Positions 19,781 to 31,204 of a DNA stretch of 43,160 nucleotides are shown here, one piece after another. The DNA is from an uncultured Deferribacteres bacterium (GTDB taxonomy: Bacteria; Zhuqueibacterota; Zhuqueibacteria; Zhuqueibacterales; Geothermadaptataceae): positions 1-43,160 of the forward strand of contig CAXHAT010000050.1 of NCBI GenBank assembly GCA_964014485.1, in the 5' to 3' direction. The notes under the pieces are model-generated. The model saw only the letters and a list, made by a program, of their open reading frames with translations, had not been told where the DNA came from and did not search any database. How positions within the stretch are numbered: position 1 is the first letter of the stretch; the number at the start of each line of letters is the position of its first letter. A program made the position numbers and the translations under genes.

Positions 19781-19800
19781 CTTCGCGTTTGCGACGCTTG

Positions 19801-20163
19801 TCATTTTTTCGCGTAAAGCCGCCGATCTAGAACATAAGAAACGAGCACGGTCACAATTGCGACGGCCGCAAGTCCGCCTGCGCCGTCTCCCGCCATCATG
19901 TGCGCCGTGAATGCCAGCGTTACGTCATAGAAAACGCCTGCGTAAGCCCACTCCTTGAGCACGGCGCTCTTTTTGGTCAAGATCGCCGCAACCGCCAGCA
20001 ATTTCACCGTGGCCGAAGGGTAGATGATCCAGGTTGGAAACCCCAGGTTCCGGTAAAATCCCGCCGCTTGTTCGTAGTTGAAAAAGTACATCCCCGATGA
20101 AAACAGCAAGATCGCGCAAAGAACCCCCGTCGCGATCCAGTAAATGATCTTTTGTGCTTTCAT
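19801..20163 (-). CDS. DoxX-like family membrane protein
   Basis: IYWIATG, LGFP and LKEWAYAG...AH signature, with four TM segments. Confidence 0.88.
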   Translation of the reverse strand: MKAQKIIYWIATGVLCAILLFSSGMYFFNYEQAAGFYRNLGFPTWIIYPSATVKLLAVAAILTKKSAVLKEWAYAGVFYDVTLAFTAHMMAGDGAGGLAAVAIVTVLVSYVLDRRLYAKK

Positions 20164-20413
20164 AATCTCGCTCCGTAGGTCGGGGCGCTCCTCGAAAAAT
20201 TTTGTAGGCGCATTTTTAGACGCTTCATCAAACGCGAAACTCCTTAAATCCCCCTTTCAAAGGGGCTGGGGAACATTGTACCAATTTTCTTAATTCTTTA
20301 TCCTTCTGAATGACAGGCAAGGAACAGAACCGAAATCAAGGAGAATATTATTAACTGATGTTACGCACGCGTCGTTTGGCACAAGCGGTCAGGGTCTGGG
20401 GGCAATTTTTGAT

Positions 20414-20547
20414 TCTCATTAGCTCCGCTCTTCAGAGCGGAGATTCTTGAAGACGGTTGTCCCATCTCTTCCGCCGCGCCAGAGCGGCGGAAGAGATGAA
20501 AATGAGCGCTTTGTGCGTCACTGGGCTGAAGCCCGGCGCTAATGAGA
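20414..20547. repeat. Multi-hairpin REP-like composite
   Basis: Outer stem TCTCATTAGC / GCTAATGAGA encloses hairpins CTCCGCTC-TTCA-GAGCGGAG, CATCTCTTCCGCCGC-GCCAGA-GCGGCGGAAGAGATG and GGGC-TGAA-GCCC. Confidence 0.65.
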
Positions 20548-20560
20548 CGATGTTTTAGAG

Positions 20561-20590
20561 CTCGTTCCCAATCCCGAGATTGGGAACGAG
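20561..20590. repeat. REP-like hairpin
   Basis: CTCGTTCCCAATC-CCGA-GATTGGGAACGAG forms a 13-bp perfect stem. Confidence 0.7.
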
Positions 20591-20626
20591 AATTTTGGGC
20601 GGTCTCGAAATTAGACCGGCGGCGTG

Positions 20627-20995
20627 TTACCGTCGTCGTTTGTTTTCCTTGTCGTCGCCTTCCACAACGACAAAGCCGAAGTTCTTGTTGGCGATGGTCA
20701 GGCCGACTTTTACCTTGCCCTTGATCCGCAGTTTGTCCCCTTTGAACGGCACCCGATCTTTCGGTTTTACCCAAATTTTTCCTGTCCCGTCGTCAATGCG
20801 CACGATGCTCTGGTTGAGGAACGGTACGGCGAATGTCTGCACCACTTCGCCGCGAACGCTCACGACTTTATTGTTGTAGCGGCTTGGATAATCGTGAATA
20901 TCCTGAATTTTTGTTCTCGAAGAACCGGCGCAAGCGGCGAAAATTAACGCAAGGGTCAGGATCAGCCATGTCGGCGATATTTTGGTAAAACGCAT
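20627..20995 (-). CDS. Small OB-fold lipoprotein (hypothetical)
   Basis: Lipobox FAAC, and an OB-like pattern (VSVRGEV...IDDGTGKIWV...GDKLRIKGKV). Confidence 0.7.
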   Translation of the reverse strand: MRFTKISPTWLILTLALIFAACAGSSRTKIQDIHDYPSRYNNKVVSVRGEVVQTFAVPFLNQSIVRIDDGTGKIWVKPKDRVPFKGDKLRIKGKVKVGLTIANKNFGFVVVEGDDKENKRRR

Positions 20996-21139
20996 TTTTT
21001 TCTCCCTTAAACAACAGAGGGTCAGGTTAAAATCAGAATTATGAACGTTTCAAAAAGTCGCGGCAAAATAAGACAGCGGCGGCGGAATCGCTATGCAAAT
21101 CTTGCCGAGCGCGGGAAAGCAAAAGTGTGCGCTTGCGCT

Positions 21140-23761
21140 TTACTCTGACGCTTGCTCGCACGGCAGCGTGATGATAAATTCCGTAAAACCTCCCTCCTCC
21201 GATTCCACGCGCAGTTCGCCGCCATGGCCTTTTACAATCGTGTCGTAGCTGATGGACAATCCCAGCCCGGTGCCCTCGCCCGATGGCTTTGTGGTGTAAA
21301 ACGGCTCGAAAATTTGCTTGCTGACTTCTTCGGGCATACCAGTGCCGTTATCGCGGATCCTGATCTCGGCTTTTTCACCCATCTTTTTCGTCTTGAGCCA
21401 AATCGTAGGCTCGTACATTGAACCGTTCTCGGCGGTCGCTTTTTTGTTCGTCGCGTAGCAGCCGTTGCCGATGATATTGAGAAAAACGCGGCTGACGTCT
21501 TGCGAGATGAGTGAAATCGGCTCCAGCGTTTCGTCGTATTCTTTCTCAAACGTGATGTTGAAACCGGTTTGGCGCGCCCTCATGCCATGATAGACCAGAT
21601 TGGCGCTCTCGTCGAGCAAATCGTTCAGATCGGTCGGTTGCCGCTCGCCCTTTCCGGTGCGCGCATGTTCCATCATGCTTCTCACAATACCGTCGGCGCG
21701 CTTGCCGTGCTCATTGATTTTTTCGTTGAGCTGTTGCAGGCGCTCGAGATTCGATTGGATGCCGGATAACTCTTTTTCTTCAAAAGCGTCTTGCCGTTTC
21801 TCCAAATCTTGTGCTAGTTTTTTGGCGAATTTGCTGGAAAGCTGGGCGAAATTATTGACGAAATTGAGCGGGTTTTTGATTTCGTGGGCGATGCCGGCGG
21901 TTAACTGGCCGAGCGAAGCCAGCTTTTCCTGCGTAACGAGCTTTTCTTGCGCGCGCAAAATCTCCTGATTTTTGAGCTCAAGCTCGCGGTTTTTTTCGTC
22001 CTGCAACAAGTTGATCGCCTGCAATTTTTCCCGCTCTGCGCGTTCTTGCACAATCGCCTCCTGGAAGCGAATTCGAGAGACGGCGTTGGCTGTTTCGGCG
22101 ACGAGCATGGCGACCAATTCAATGTCTTCTTCCGAATATTTTGCGCCGGACAATTTTTGTCCAAGCAATAGCGCGCCGTACTCATCATCCGATGTCAACA
22201 TCGGGAAAAACAACGCCCAGCCGTAGTTCGACAACGGCTGCTCGAGCCTTAAATGCCCGCCGCCGGTTTGAGTTTTAGCGCCGTCAAGAGCTTCGTTTAA
22301 AAATGCGGCGATCTCCTTCGACTCAAGCTGCATTTTTTCGGCTTGATAAATCTGAAAACCGTAGAGCATCGAAAACTCACGGTTTTGCTCATTCAGCACA
22401 GCCAACTTTTCCAACGGCAACGCTTCACGAACATATTCTGAAAACAATTCCAACGCTTCTTGCTGTGTGCGCGTGGTAACGACTTGTTGTCCAAAATCTT
22501 TGGTGACCAAGCGGTAATTGTATTTGATACGGTAGAAAGTCCGGTCGACAAAATGCTGTATTTTTTGTTTGGCGGGATGAAAAAGAATCGCCGCGACGGC
22601 AGTGACGAGAATGGTGACCGTACGGTTGGTTTCCGGACTCATGGAAAGCAAAAGGTGCCCGGCCAAGCCAGAGATTAGCGCATAGCCGCAGACGACCAGG
22701 CCGGTCAGGATTGCGTAGACCAAGCTCCGGTTTATGACAAGATCGACGTCCAGAATGCGATAGCGGACAATGGCGACGGCCACGCTGACGGGCGCGATTA
22801 GCAATGCCAGCGCCGTGACTTCTTCCGGAACGAGCGGGCGCAGTCCAAAAGCTTGCGGCAGCGTCCAAAGAACGATAAACGGCGCGCAGCCGAGAGCAAT
22901 GCCCCAAAGAATCCATCGCACTTTGTCTTTTTCGCTTCGCGCGCTTGCGGTTATGAGAGAATGCAGCAATGCGGCGAGAGCGCCAAAAAAGAAGAGAATG
23001 ATATAAATTCGGTGGAAGTTCAATCCCTGATAGTAAAGCTCGAGAAAGCTCGAATCTGATTTTAACAAGACCGGAATCTGTGCGATTTGCAGCCATAGTA
23101 TAAAAACGACGGCGGGCAGATAAATAAAAAACGTCTGCAATCGCGCCGGGCGCAAGAGCAGTTTTTCCTTGGGGAAAATCGTAGCGAAACGCAGAAAAAA
23201 TGCCGGGAAGAGCGGGTAGATGAACCAATAAACAAGCGGCGGGATCATGTTCCAAGGCCATGGTCCCGCCGGAAGTCGCGAGGTTGAAATCAGGATCGAC
23301 AAGGCGAGCGTCAAGGTCAGCCCAAGGAAGATGCGCGCGGATTGATCGTCCGGTTTATTCAAAAACACCCATCCGCCAACGGCGATCATAAAAAGCCCCA
23401 GCGTTAGGTTGACAAGCGTTACGAGCCACGTTGCGTGTCGCGCCAAAACCGCCTGAATGCTCAACTCCCGCCCGTCGCGGCGAACCAGCATGGTCACACG
23501 ATCACCTGCTTGCGCGCCGTCGAGCGCATAATTTATATCGCTTCTTTTTCCAATGGCGACTTCTCCAATCCGAAGCACGACGTCCCCGACCGCAGCTTCG
23601 CCCCGACCGGCGGGCAGTTCCGAGACAATAACCTCGCCGGTTTTATCCGACCATTTGAACGGCGTCGCAGCGCGAATCCAACTGTTCCAAACGCCCCAGA
23701 CGCCGAGAATCACGCTTAAAATAATGACAATGATCCCGCCAAGCTGCGTCAGTTTTCTCAT
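21140..23761 (-). CDS. Multi-pass membrane sensor histidine kinase with a periplasmic PDZ-like domain
   Basis: PDZ-like segment (VGDVVLRIG...AGDRVTMLVRRDG), many TM helices, VRYRILDVDLVINRSLVY, a GAF-like segment, H-box GIAHEIKNPLN, and N, G1 (DNGTG), F and G2 (GTGLGL) boxes. Confidence 0.92.
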   Translation of the reverse strand: MRKLTQLGGIIVIILSVILGVWGVWNSWIRAATPFKWSDKTGEVIVSELPAGRGEAAVGDVVLRIGEVAIGKRSDINYALDGAQAGDRVTMLVRRDGRELSIQAVLARHATWLVTLVNLTLGLFMIAVGGWVFLNKPDDQSARIFLGLTLTLALSILISTSRLPAGPWPWNMIPPLVYWFIYPLFPAFFLRFATIFPKEKLLLRPARLQTFFIYLPAVVFILWLQIAQIPVLLKSDSSFLELYYQGLNFHRIYIILFFFGALAALLHSLITASARSEKDKVRWILWGIALGCAPFIVLWTLPQAFGLRPLVPEEVTALALLIAPVSVAVAIVRYRILDVDLVINRSLVYAILTGLVVCGYALISGLAGHLLLSMSPETNRTVTILVTAVAAILFHPAKQKIQHFVDRTFYRIKYNYRLVTKDFGQQVVTTRTQQEALELFSEYVREALPLEKLAVLNEQNREFSMLYGFQIYQAEKMQLESKEIAAFLNEALDGAKTQTGGGHLRLEQPLSNYGWALFFPMLTSDDEYGALLLGQKLSGAKYSEEDIELVAMLVAETANAVSRIRFQEAIVQERAEREKLQAINLLQDEKNRELELKNQEILRAQEKLVTQEKLASLGQLTAGIAHEIKNPLNFVNNFAQLSSKFAKKLAQDLEKRQDAFEEKELSGIQSNLERLQQLNEKINEHGKRADGIVRSMMEHARTGKGERQPTDLNDLLDESANLVYHGMRARQTGFNITFEKEYDETLEPISLISQDVSRVFLNIIGNGCYATNKKATAENGSMYEPTIWLKTKKMGEKAEIRIRDNGTGMPEEVSKQIFEPFYTTKPSGEGTGLGLSISYDTIVKGHGGELRVESEEGGFTEFIITLPCEQASE

Positions 23762-23766
23762 AATCT

Positions 23767-24153
23767 TCAGTTGAGAATGTTCAGAATTTTTTCCTTCAAA
23801 CCTGAAAAATCGATTGGTTTGGTGATATAATCGTCGCAGCCCAGGTTGTGCGCTTTGGCGCGCGTCGCTTCGTCACCATAGGCGGTGACCATCATCACGC
23901 TAATCTCAGGATATTGATTTTTGAGTTTCCCAAGTAATTCCAGGCCGTCCATGTCAGGCATGTTGATATCGGAAAGGATGAGCGCCAGATCGGTCTTGTT
24001 TTGCGCGTTCAACCAGTTCAGCGCCTCATCGCCGGAAAGCGCGAAGTGAAACGCCATCTCGCCGTTTTCGATTTCATCTTCGAAATGTAGCTCAAAAAGC
24101 AATTGAACGTCGTGTTCATCGTCGACGATCAATACAGTCATAGTCGCTGGCAT
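23767..24153 (-). CDS. Single-domain response regulator (CheY-like)
   Basis: IVDDE, SDINMPDMDG, VTAY and TKP motifs. It lies 5 bp upstream of the kinase gene. Confidence 0.95.
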   Translation of the reverse strand: MPATMTVLIVDDEHDVQLLFELHFEDEIENGEMAFHFALSGDEALNWLNAQNKTDLALILSDINMPDMDGLELLGKLKNQYPEISVMMVTAYGDEATRAKAHNLGCDDYITKPIDFSGLKEKILNILN

Positions 24154-24348
24154 AAAACGTTTGTCCTATCGGGGTTCCTTTGTGTACCCGCGCATTGAAA
24201 TAAAATATTGGATGGTTGGAACTTCAAGCCCAAGAAGCCAACATTCCACTAATCCGGGACGAGTCGCCCGTAATTGTCGATGATTTTTTGTGAGCGTCTT
24301 GATTAAATCTTAGGTCAGCGGAGAACATAAGTGGCGGGAACTTAAAAT

Positions 24349-25011
24349 TCAATTCATCTGTTCCGAGCAGCCCGTCATCGGCACAAAACGGACTTTCGCC
24401 AGCCGTCTTTGGGAAATTTCCCCAAACATCGATTTTGAGTATTCGATAATATCCTGCTCATAAATCCCGACCGGGGCCAGCATTTTGCCGCCGTAGGCCA
24501 ATTGCTCAAGCAAATCGTTCGGCACGGAAGCGGGCGCGGCTGTGACGATAATGCGATCAAACGGCGCTGCGTCTCTCCAGCCGAACGTGCCGTCGCCAAG
24601 CTTAAAGTAAATGTTTCCATAGCCCAGTTGGCCCAAGAGCCTTTTTGCCTGGACGAAATGGAAAGGCACAATTTCAACGGTGTAGACTGACTTCGCCAAC
24701 CCGGCCAAAACCGCCGTCTGGTAGCCGGAGCCCGTGCCAATTTCCAGAACGCGGTCATTTTCGCGGACGTCCAGGAGTTGACTCATAAAAGCCACGATGT
24801 ACGGCTGGGAAATGGTTTGGCTTTCTTCAATGGGCAAGGCGCAATCTTCGTAGCTTTGGGCGCGCATAATCAGTGGGACGAAAAGGTGGCGGGGGATGGT
24901 AAGCATCTGCTTAATCACGCGACGGTCGACGATTTTCCGCGTCAGCAATTGGTCTTGCACCATTTTCTTGCGCAGCGCGGCGTATTCGCTTGCCGAATTT
25001 TGTTTTTTCAT
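24349..25011 (-). CDS. pcm: Protein-L-isoaspartate O-methyltransferase
   Basis: PRHLFVP, QTISQPYIVA, VLEIGTGSGY, PFDRIIVTAA and VRFVPM motifs. Confidence 0.95.
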   Translation of the reverse strand: MKKQNSASEYAALRKKMVQDQLLTRKIVDRRVIKQMLTIPRHLFVPLIMRAQSYEDCALPIEESQTISQPYIVAFMSQLLDVRENDRVLEIGTGSGYQTAVLAGLAKSVYTVEIVPFHFVQAKRLLGQLGYGNIYFKLGDGTFGWRDAAPFDRIIVTAAPASVPNDLLEQLAYGGKMLAPVGIYEQDIIEYSKSMFGEISQRRLAKVRFVPMTGCSEQMN

Positions 25012-25032
25012 CGTCGCCTCCTGTCAGGCTTT

Positions 25033-25965
25033 TTAGGCGGCCAGAACTTCGACGTGTTTGAGAACAGAGTTTGAAAGCCCGGTCAAATCATAACCGCCTT
25101 CTAAAAACGAAACAACGCGATTTTGCGCGTGAACGTTTGCGAGATCGAGTACGATTTGGGTCAGCACTCCAAAATCGTCATCCTGGAGTCGGAGTTCCGC
25201 CAACGGATCTCGCGCGTGTGCGTCAAATCCAGCGGAAATGAGTACAAACTCGGGTTTGAAACGCGAAAAAATTTCTTCGATGTTTTTTTGAAATTCAGGG
25301 ATAAATACACGACCGTCAGTCTGCGGCGGAAAAATAATGTTCCGATTAAAGCCTTTTCCTTTTCCCGCGCCGGTCTCTTCCGGCCTGCCGGTACCCGGAT
25401 ATAGCGGCCATTGGTGCAAGCTGACGAAGTAAACGGACGGATCGTCATCAAACGCAGCCTGCGTGCCGTTGCCGTGATGCACGTCCCAATCGATGATCAG
25501 CACGCGCTCAACGCCGTGATTTTTTTGCAAAGCGCGCGCGGCGACGGCGATGTTGTTGAACAAGCAAAATCCCATGGCGGTATCCGGCTCTGCGTGATGC
25601 CCGGGCGGTCGAACGCAACAAAAGGCGTTGCGCAATTCACCCGCCATAACGGCGTCTGTTGCCGCCAGACCAGCCCCTGCGGCGAGCCGCGCGGCGTCAT
25701 AAGATTTCGTCGAGACGACGGTGTCAGGGTCAAGGCCCATCGGCGCTCTTTCGCACGCTTCGATGATGTTGTCTACGTAACCGCCGGGATGGACGACTTG
25801 AATTGCCTCAACCGGCGCCGCTGAGTCAATTGACTTGAGTGCAGCATTTTCGGGTAAATTCTCCCGCAAAACGCGCATCACACTCCTCAGCCGATCCGCG
25901 CGTTCCGGATGCCCGGCTCCGGTGTTGTGCTCTAAAAAGAGATCGTCGTAGTAGATTCCTGTCAT
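25033..25965 (-). CDS. Histone deacetylase family protein (acetylpolyamine amidohydrolase-like)
   Basis: HPERADRL, RPPGHHA, GFCLFNN, DWDVHHGNGTQ, SAGFDAH and LEGGY motifs. Confidence 0.95.
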   Translation of the reverse strand: MTGIYYDDLFLEHNTGAGHPERADRLRSVMRVLRENLPENAALKSIDSAAPVEAIQVVHPGGYVDNIIEACERAPMGLDPDTVVSTKSYDAARLAAGAGLAATDAVMAGELRNAFCCVRPPGHHAEPDTAMGFCLFNNIAVAARALQKNHGVERVLIIDWDVHHGNGTQAAFDDDPSVYFVSLHQWPLYPGTGRPEETGAGKGKGFNRNIIFPPQTDGRVFIPEFQKNIEEIFSRFKPEFVLISAGFDAHARDPLAELRLQDDDFGVLTQIVLDLANVHAQNRVVSFLEGGYDLTGLSNSVLKHVEVLAA

Positions 25966-25994
25966 TCGTTTTTCTCTTGAAATTTACTCTTATC

Positions 25995-26405
25995 TCAAGG
26001 ACGGTATCGTCCGGCTGCTATTTCTTCTCTACGAATTGCAACCGCTAGAAGTCGATTCATCGCCAAAGAAATAACCGTTGCTCTACCTTTAGGCGATTTG
26101 CCAAAAATATGACCGTCATCCACCTCGAAGTGATTGCTCCACTCGTTTTTTCGAGGGTTATAGAAACTGACCTTTGCTCCGGTTTCAGGATCGATCGCGT
26201 CCCGTCGGGCAGCCTTCCGAAGTGAACAAGAGACGCAAGCCAAGGCTAAATTTTCAAGAATCGTCTGACCGCCCGCAGACTTCGGTTTTATATGGTCAAT
26301 ATGAAAGGCCGCCTCCTGATTAGCTTGTGACAATCGGCAATATTCGCAACGGGATTCGGCTCTCACAACAACCCTTTGCCGCATTTGCGCCGGGATATAA
26401 CTCAT
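25995..26405 (-). CDS. HNH endonuclease
   Basis: RAESRCEYC, FHIDHIKPKSAGG, NLALACVSC, FYNPR..WSNHF and GRAT motifs. The probable start is ATG 26405. Confidence 0.88.
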   Translation of the reverse strand: MSYIPAQMRQRVVVRAESRCEYCRLSQANQEAAFHIDHIKPKSAGGQTILENLALACVSCSLRKAARRDAIDPETGAKVSFYNPRKNEWSNHFEVDDGHIFGKSPKGRATVISLAMNRLLAVAIRREEIAAGRYRP

Positions 26406-26406
26406 G

Positions 26407-26634
26407 TCAATTTGAACTTGCTTGCGAAGCTTTACGAGCACGCAGCTTTAATAATGAGAGCAAATCGGCTAAATCTACAAGCCCTTCGGCTTCTTGTCTC
26501 TCAGACTGAGATAAGTTTTGACCTTGTTCTTGCTTATCTAACAGAAATTGTAATCTTTCATTGACGGCTTCCGGCAATTTAAACTGCTCTAAATCCGCTG
26601 GCATATCCAAGTCAACCAGAATGCTTTGCGACAT
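26407..26634 (-). CDS. Small helical protein coupled to the HNH gene (putative antitoxin-like partner)
   Basis: 75 aa (RLQFLLDKQ..G..LS..ERQEAEGLVDLADLLSLLKLRA). Its stop is 1 bp from the HNH start. Confidence 0.7.
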   Translation of the reverse strand: MSQSILVDLDMPADLEQFKLPEAVNERLQFLLDKQEQGQNLSQSERQEAEGLVDLADLLSLLKLRARKASQASSN

Positions 26635-26638
26635 AATT

Positions 26639-26929
26639 CTACCCTCGATCTACAGTACCGTTCGTATCAGTAATTTTCTTTTCCAGCAGTTTAATCGCAA
26701 TCGCATAATGCTCCCACTGAAGCCACACTTTGTTATCTCCGAGCTTCCCTCGATTAAACTTTTCAATGAAGCTTGATGTGCTCATATTATTCAATTTTTC
26801 AAAATTTGCGGCTTTCGAGCGATAGGCTTCCAGTTTTTTTTGCAAAATTTGTTTGCCGATATCGATGCTCTCCCGCACACTCGTCAAAGCGTCTTTTTCA
26901 ACAAGAACTTTTGAATAGCCTGACATCAT
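26639..26929 (-). CDS. Small hypothetical protein, antitoxin-like
   Basis: Motif FEK..NMSTSSFIEKFNRGKLGD...W resembles small proteins usually paired with DUF6516 toxins (from memory, unverified). Confidence 0.55.
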   Translation of the reverse strand: MMSGYSKVLVEKDALTSVRESIDIGKQILQKKLEAYRSKAANFEKLNNMSTSSFIEKFNRGKLGDNKVWLQWEHYAIAIKLLEKKITDTNGTVDRG

Positions 26930-26945
26930 TCACACGCTTTTATGT

Positions 26946-27464
26946 TTAATTTTTGACGTCGTATTCCAAGCTGACGATTCCCGACGGATAAGTCTTTTGT
27001 CCCTTCAATTCCAGCTTGACTTGCGGGGCTGGCGGCGGGAAAAGCGGAACACCGCCGCCGAGCAAAATCGGAATCACAGCGACTTCGACCGCATCGACCA
27101 AACCAGCTTCGGCGAGCGATTTAAAAAGCAATCCGCCGCCAAACAGCCAAATGTCCTTGCCTGCCTTTTCTTTAAGTGCGGAAGCGGTCTTCACTGCATC
27201 GGCGTTCACAATGGTGACTTTCGGATAACCTTCCTGACGCAGTGAGCGACTGACAACGACAATTTCTTTGCCTTTAAATGAATCATCCTGGTCCGAATTC
27301 GCCATTGGCGCGAACGTCCTGCGACCCATCAACAAAGTATCAAATTGCGCAAAAATAGCGTCGAAATCAATGGCCGGATCCATGATAATCCAATCGTATT
27401 CGCCGTTCGGGCCGGCGATGTAGCCGTCGAGACTGGCGGCTACGGCGTAGCGGATGCGTCGCAT
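26946..27464 (-). CDS. Dihydrofolate reductase / RibD C-terminal domain protein
   Basis: ASLDGYIAG, LLMGRRT, DIWLFGGG and PILLGGGVPLF motifs. Confidence 0.92.
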   Translation of the reverse strand: MRRIRYAVAASLDGYIAGPNGEYDWIIMDPAIDFDAIFAQFDTLLMGRRTFAPMANSDQDDSFKGKEIVVVSRSLRQEGYPKVTIVNADAVKTASALKEKAGKDIWLFGGGLLFKSLAEAGLVDAVEVAVIPILLGGGVPLFPPPAPQVKLELKGQKTYPSGIVSLEYDVKN

Positions 27465-27467
27465 CGA

Positions 27468-27884
27468 TTAACCGCCGGTTTTGAACTCGACGTCCTGCTC
27501 GATGACCTTATCTCGGGCAAAGCATCTGACCTGGTACACGCCGTATTTTTCAACGGAAATGGTAAATTTCTCTTCAAACTTGACCAGCATTTGGATCGCC
27601 ACGATATCCGGATTGAAAGAAGCCAACGGCGTAATTTTAATGGTCTTGCCGCTCACCTTTACGTCGATCTTTTCCAGTTTATAGGCCGGGCTGGGGAGGT
27701 TGCCCGTCAGCGTCACTTCAATCTCTTTTTTCCCTTCAATTTTTTCAGGAAGATCGAAATCCGTGAGATAGACTTTTTCTTTGCCTTCCGCCATGCTTGC
27801 TTCCGCCACAGCACCTTCCTTTGCCGTCTCCGGCGAGCACGATACGCCGAACATCACAACGATGATTGTTAAAAAATATGACAT
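27468..27884 (-). CDS. Hypothetical lipoprotein
   Basis: Lipobox GVSC after a hydrophobic stretch, RBS AGGAG, and a beta-rich body (GNLPSPAY). Confidence 0.7.
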   Translation of the reverse strand: MSYFLTIIVVMFGVSCSPETAKEGAVAEASMAEGKEKVYLTDFDLPEKIEGKKEIEVTLTGNLPSPAYKLEKIDVKVSGKTIKITPLASFNPDIVAIQMLVKFEEKFTISVEKYGVYQVRCFARDKVIEQDVEFKTGG

Positions 27885-28004
27885 GGGTTTCTCCTGTATT
27901 TCAAACGAATTTTAACGTTTCCATTAGTTTTTATACGATTCTCCATTGTTTCATTCAAGAAGAATTTTCAAACCTGAAACAAACGACCAGGTACACCAAT
28001 TCCG

Positions 28005-30107
<2,103 letters not shown>

Positions 30108-30227
30108 TTATGCGCTTTTTACTGCTGTTCAAGGAAAAACGCACCATCATCAAACGGGGTAAGATTGCATTTGCTTTTCGAAAAAGCAGCGTCTACATTT
30201 TGGTTGTAAAATGTAGGGAGAAACCTC

Positions 30228-30677
30228 ATGAAAATCGCAGTCGGCAGCGATGAAAGAACGCACTTAACCGACGTTGTGCTCGATGAGCTGAAAAAGCGCG
30301 GTCATGAAGTCACGGCCTACGGCGCGTTGACGGACGGCAAGATCAAAATGTGGCCGAAAGTGGCGGTCGCCGCAGCGAAAGACGTAGCGGACGGCAAATT
30401 CGATCAAGGGGTTTTGTTTTGCTGGACAGGCACGGGAATCAGCCTGGCGGCCAATAAAGTCAAAGGCGTTCGCGCCGCGCTCTGCCAGGATGCTGAAACG
30501 GCACGGGGCGCAAGAAAATGGAACGACGCTAACGTTTTGGCGATGAGCCTTCGCGCCGTTTCTGAACAAGTCGCCAAGGAAATCCTTGACGCATGGTTTA
30601 GCTCAGCGCCAAGCACGGACTCGGACGACGCTGCGTGCCTGGAATGGTTGGAAAAAGCTGAAGCAGAGCTTCTATGA
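30228..30677 (+). CDS. rpiB: RpiB/LacA/LacB family sugar-phosphate isomerase
   Basis: MKIAVGSDE, FCWTGTG, ANKVKGVRAALC and WNDANVL motifs. This is the SDE/CWTGTG variant, so the substrate is uncertain. Confidence 0.85.
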   Translation: MKIAVGSDERTHLTDVVLDELKKRGHEVTAYGALTDGKIKMWPKVAVAAAKDVADGKFDQGVLFCWTGTGISLAANKVKGVRAALCQDAETARGARKWNDANVLAMSLRAVSEQVAKEILDAWFSSAPSTDSDDAACLEWLEKAEAELL

Positions 30678-31204
30678 TTTATCGCAGCAACATCTATCTC
30701 GTCGGCTTCATGGGGAGTGGCAAATCCCGGCAAGGGCAAATTTTAGCGTCCAGAATCGGCAGAACTTTCATTGACACGGATCAAGTGATCATCGCTGAAA
30801 AAAGCATGTCGGTCAATCAGATTTTTGAACAACACGGCGAGGCCTTTTTTCGCGATCTTGAGCTCGAAACGGTGCGTGAAATCAGCGAAGTTGAAGAATT
30901 GGTTGTTGCGCTCGGCGGGGGAACGCCAACCATTGAGGCTGTCTGGCCGCTGCTCAAAAATACCGGCAAAACCGTCTACATCAAACGTTCACCGGAGCAA
31001 ATTCTTCGGCAGTTGCATAGATACGACAACAGGCCGTTGCTAAAGCATTTGCGTCGCAGTGAAGCGCCGGAATTCGTTCGAAAAATGCTCGCGGAACGCA
31101 CGCAATTTTATGACCGCGCCGACATGATTCTCGATTGCCAAGACGGATGGGACAAAGATGAGACGTCGAAGGCGCTGCAAAATCTTCTGGAGAAAAATCT
31201 TTGA
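30674..31204 (+). CDS. aroK: Shikimate kinase
   Basis: LVGFMGSGKS, FIDTD, GEAFFRDLE, ALGGG and RPLL motifs. It overlaps the rpiB stop (ATGA). Confidence 0.93.
   Translation: MIYRSNIYLVGFMGSGKSRQGQILASRIGRTFIDTDQVIIAEKSMSVNQIFEQHGEAFFRDLELETVREISEVEELVVALGGGTPTIEAVWPLLKNTGKTVYIKRSPEQILRQLHRYDNRPLLKHLRRSEAPEFVRKMLAERTQFYDRADMILDCQDGWDKDETSKALQNLLEKNL

Noticed and set aside
20552..20562. GTTTTAGAGCT, matching the start of type II-A CRISPR repeats
   Set aside because: It is a single 11-bp match with no repeat-spacer array, no tracrRNA-like partner and no cas genes in the window.
24154..24348. Possible riboswitch upstream of the response regulator
   Set aside because: I could not match c-di-GMP, TPP, SAM or cobalamin consensus elements on either strand. 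Only a weak inverted repeat is present.
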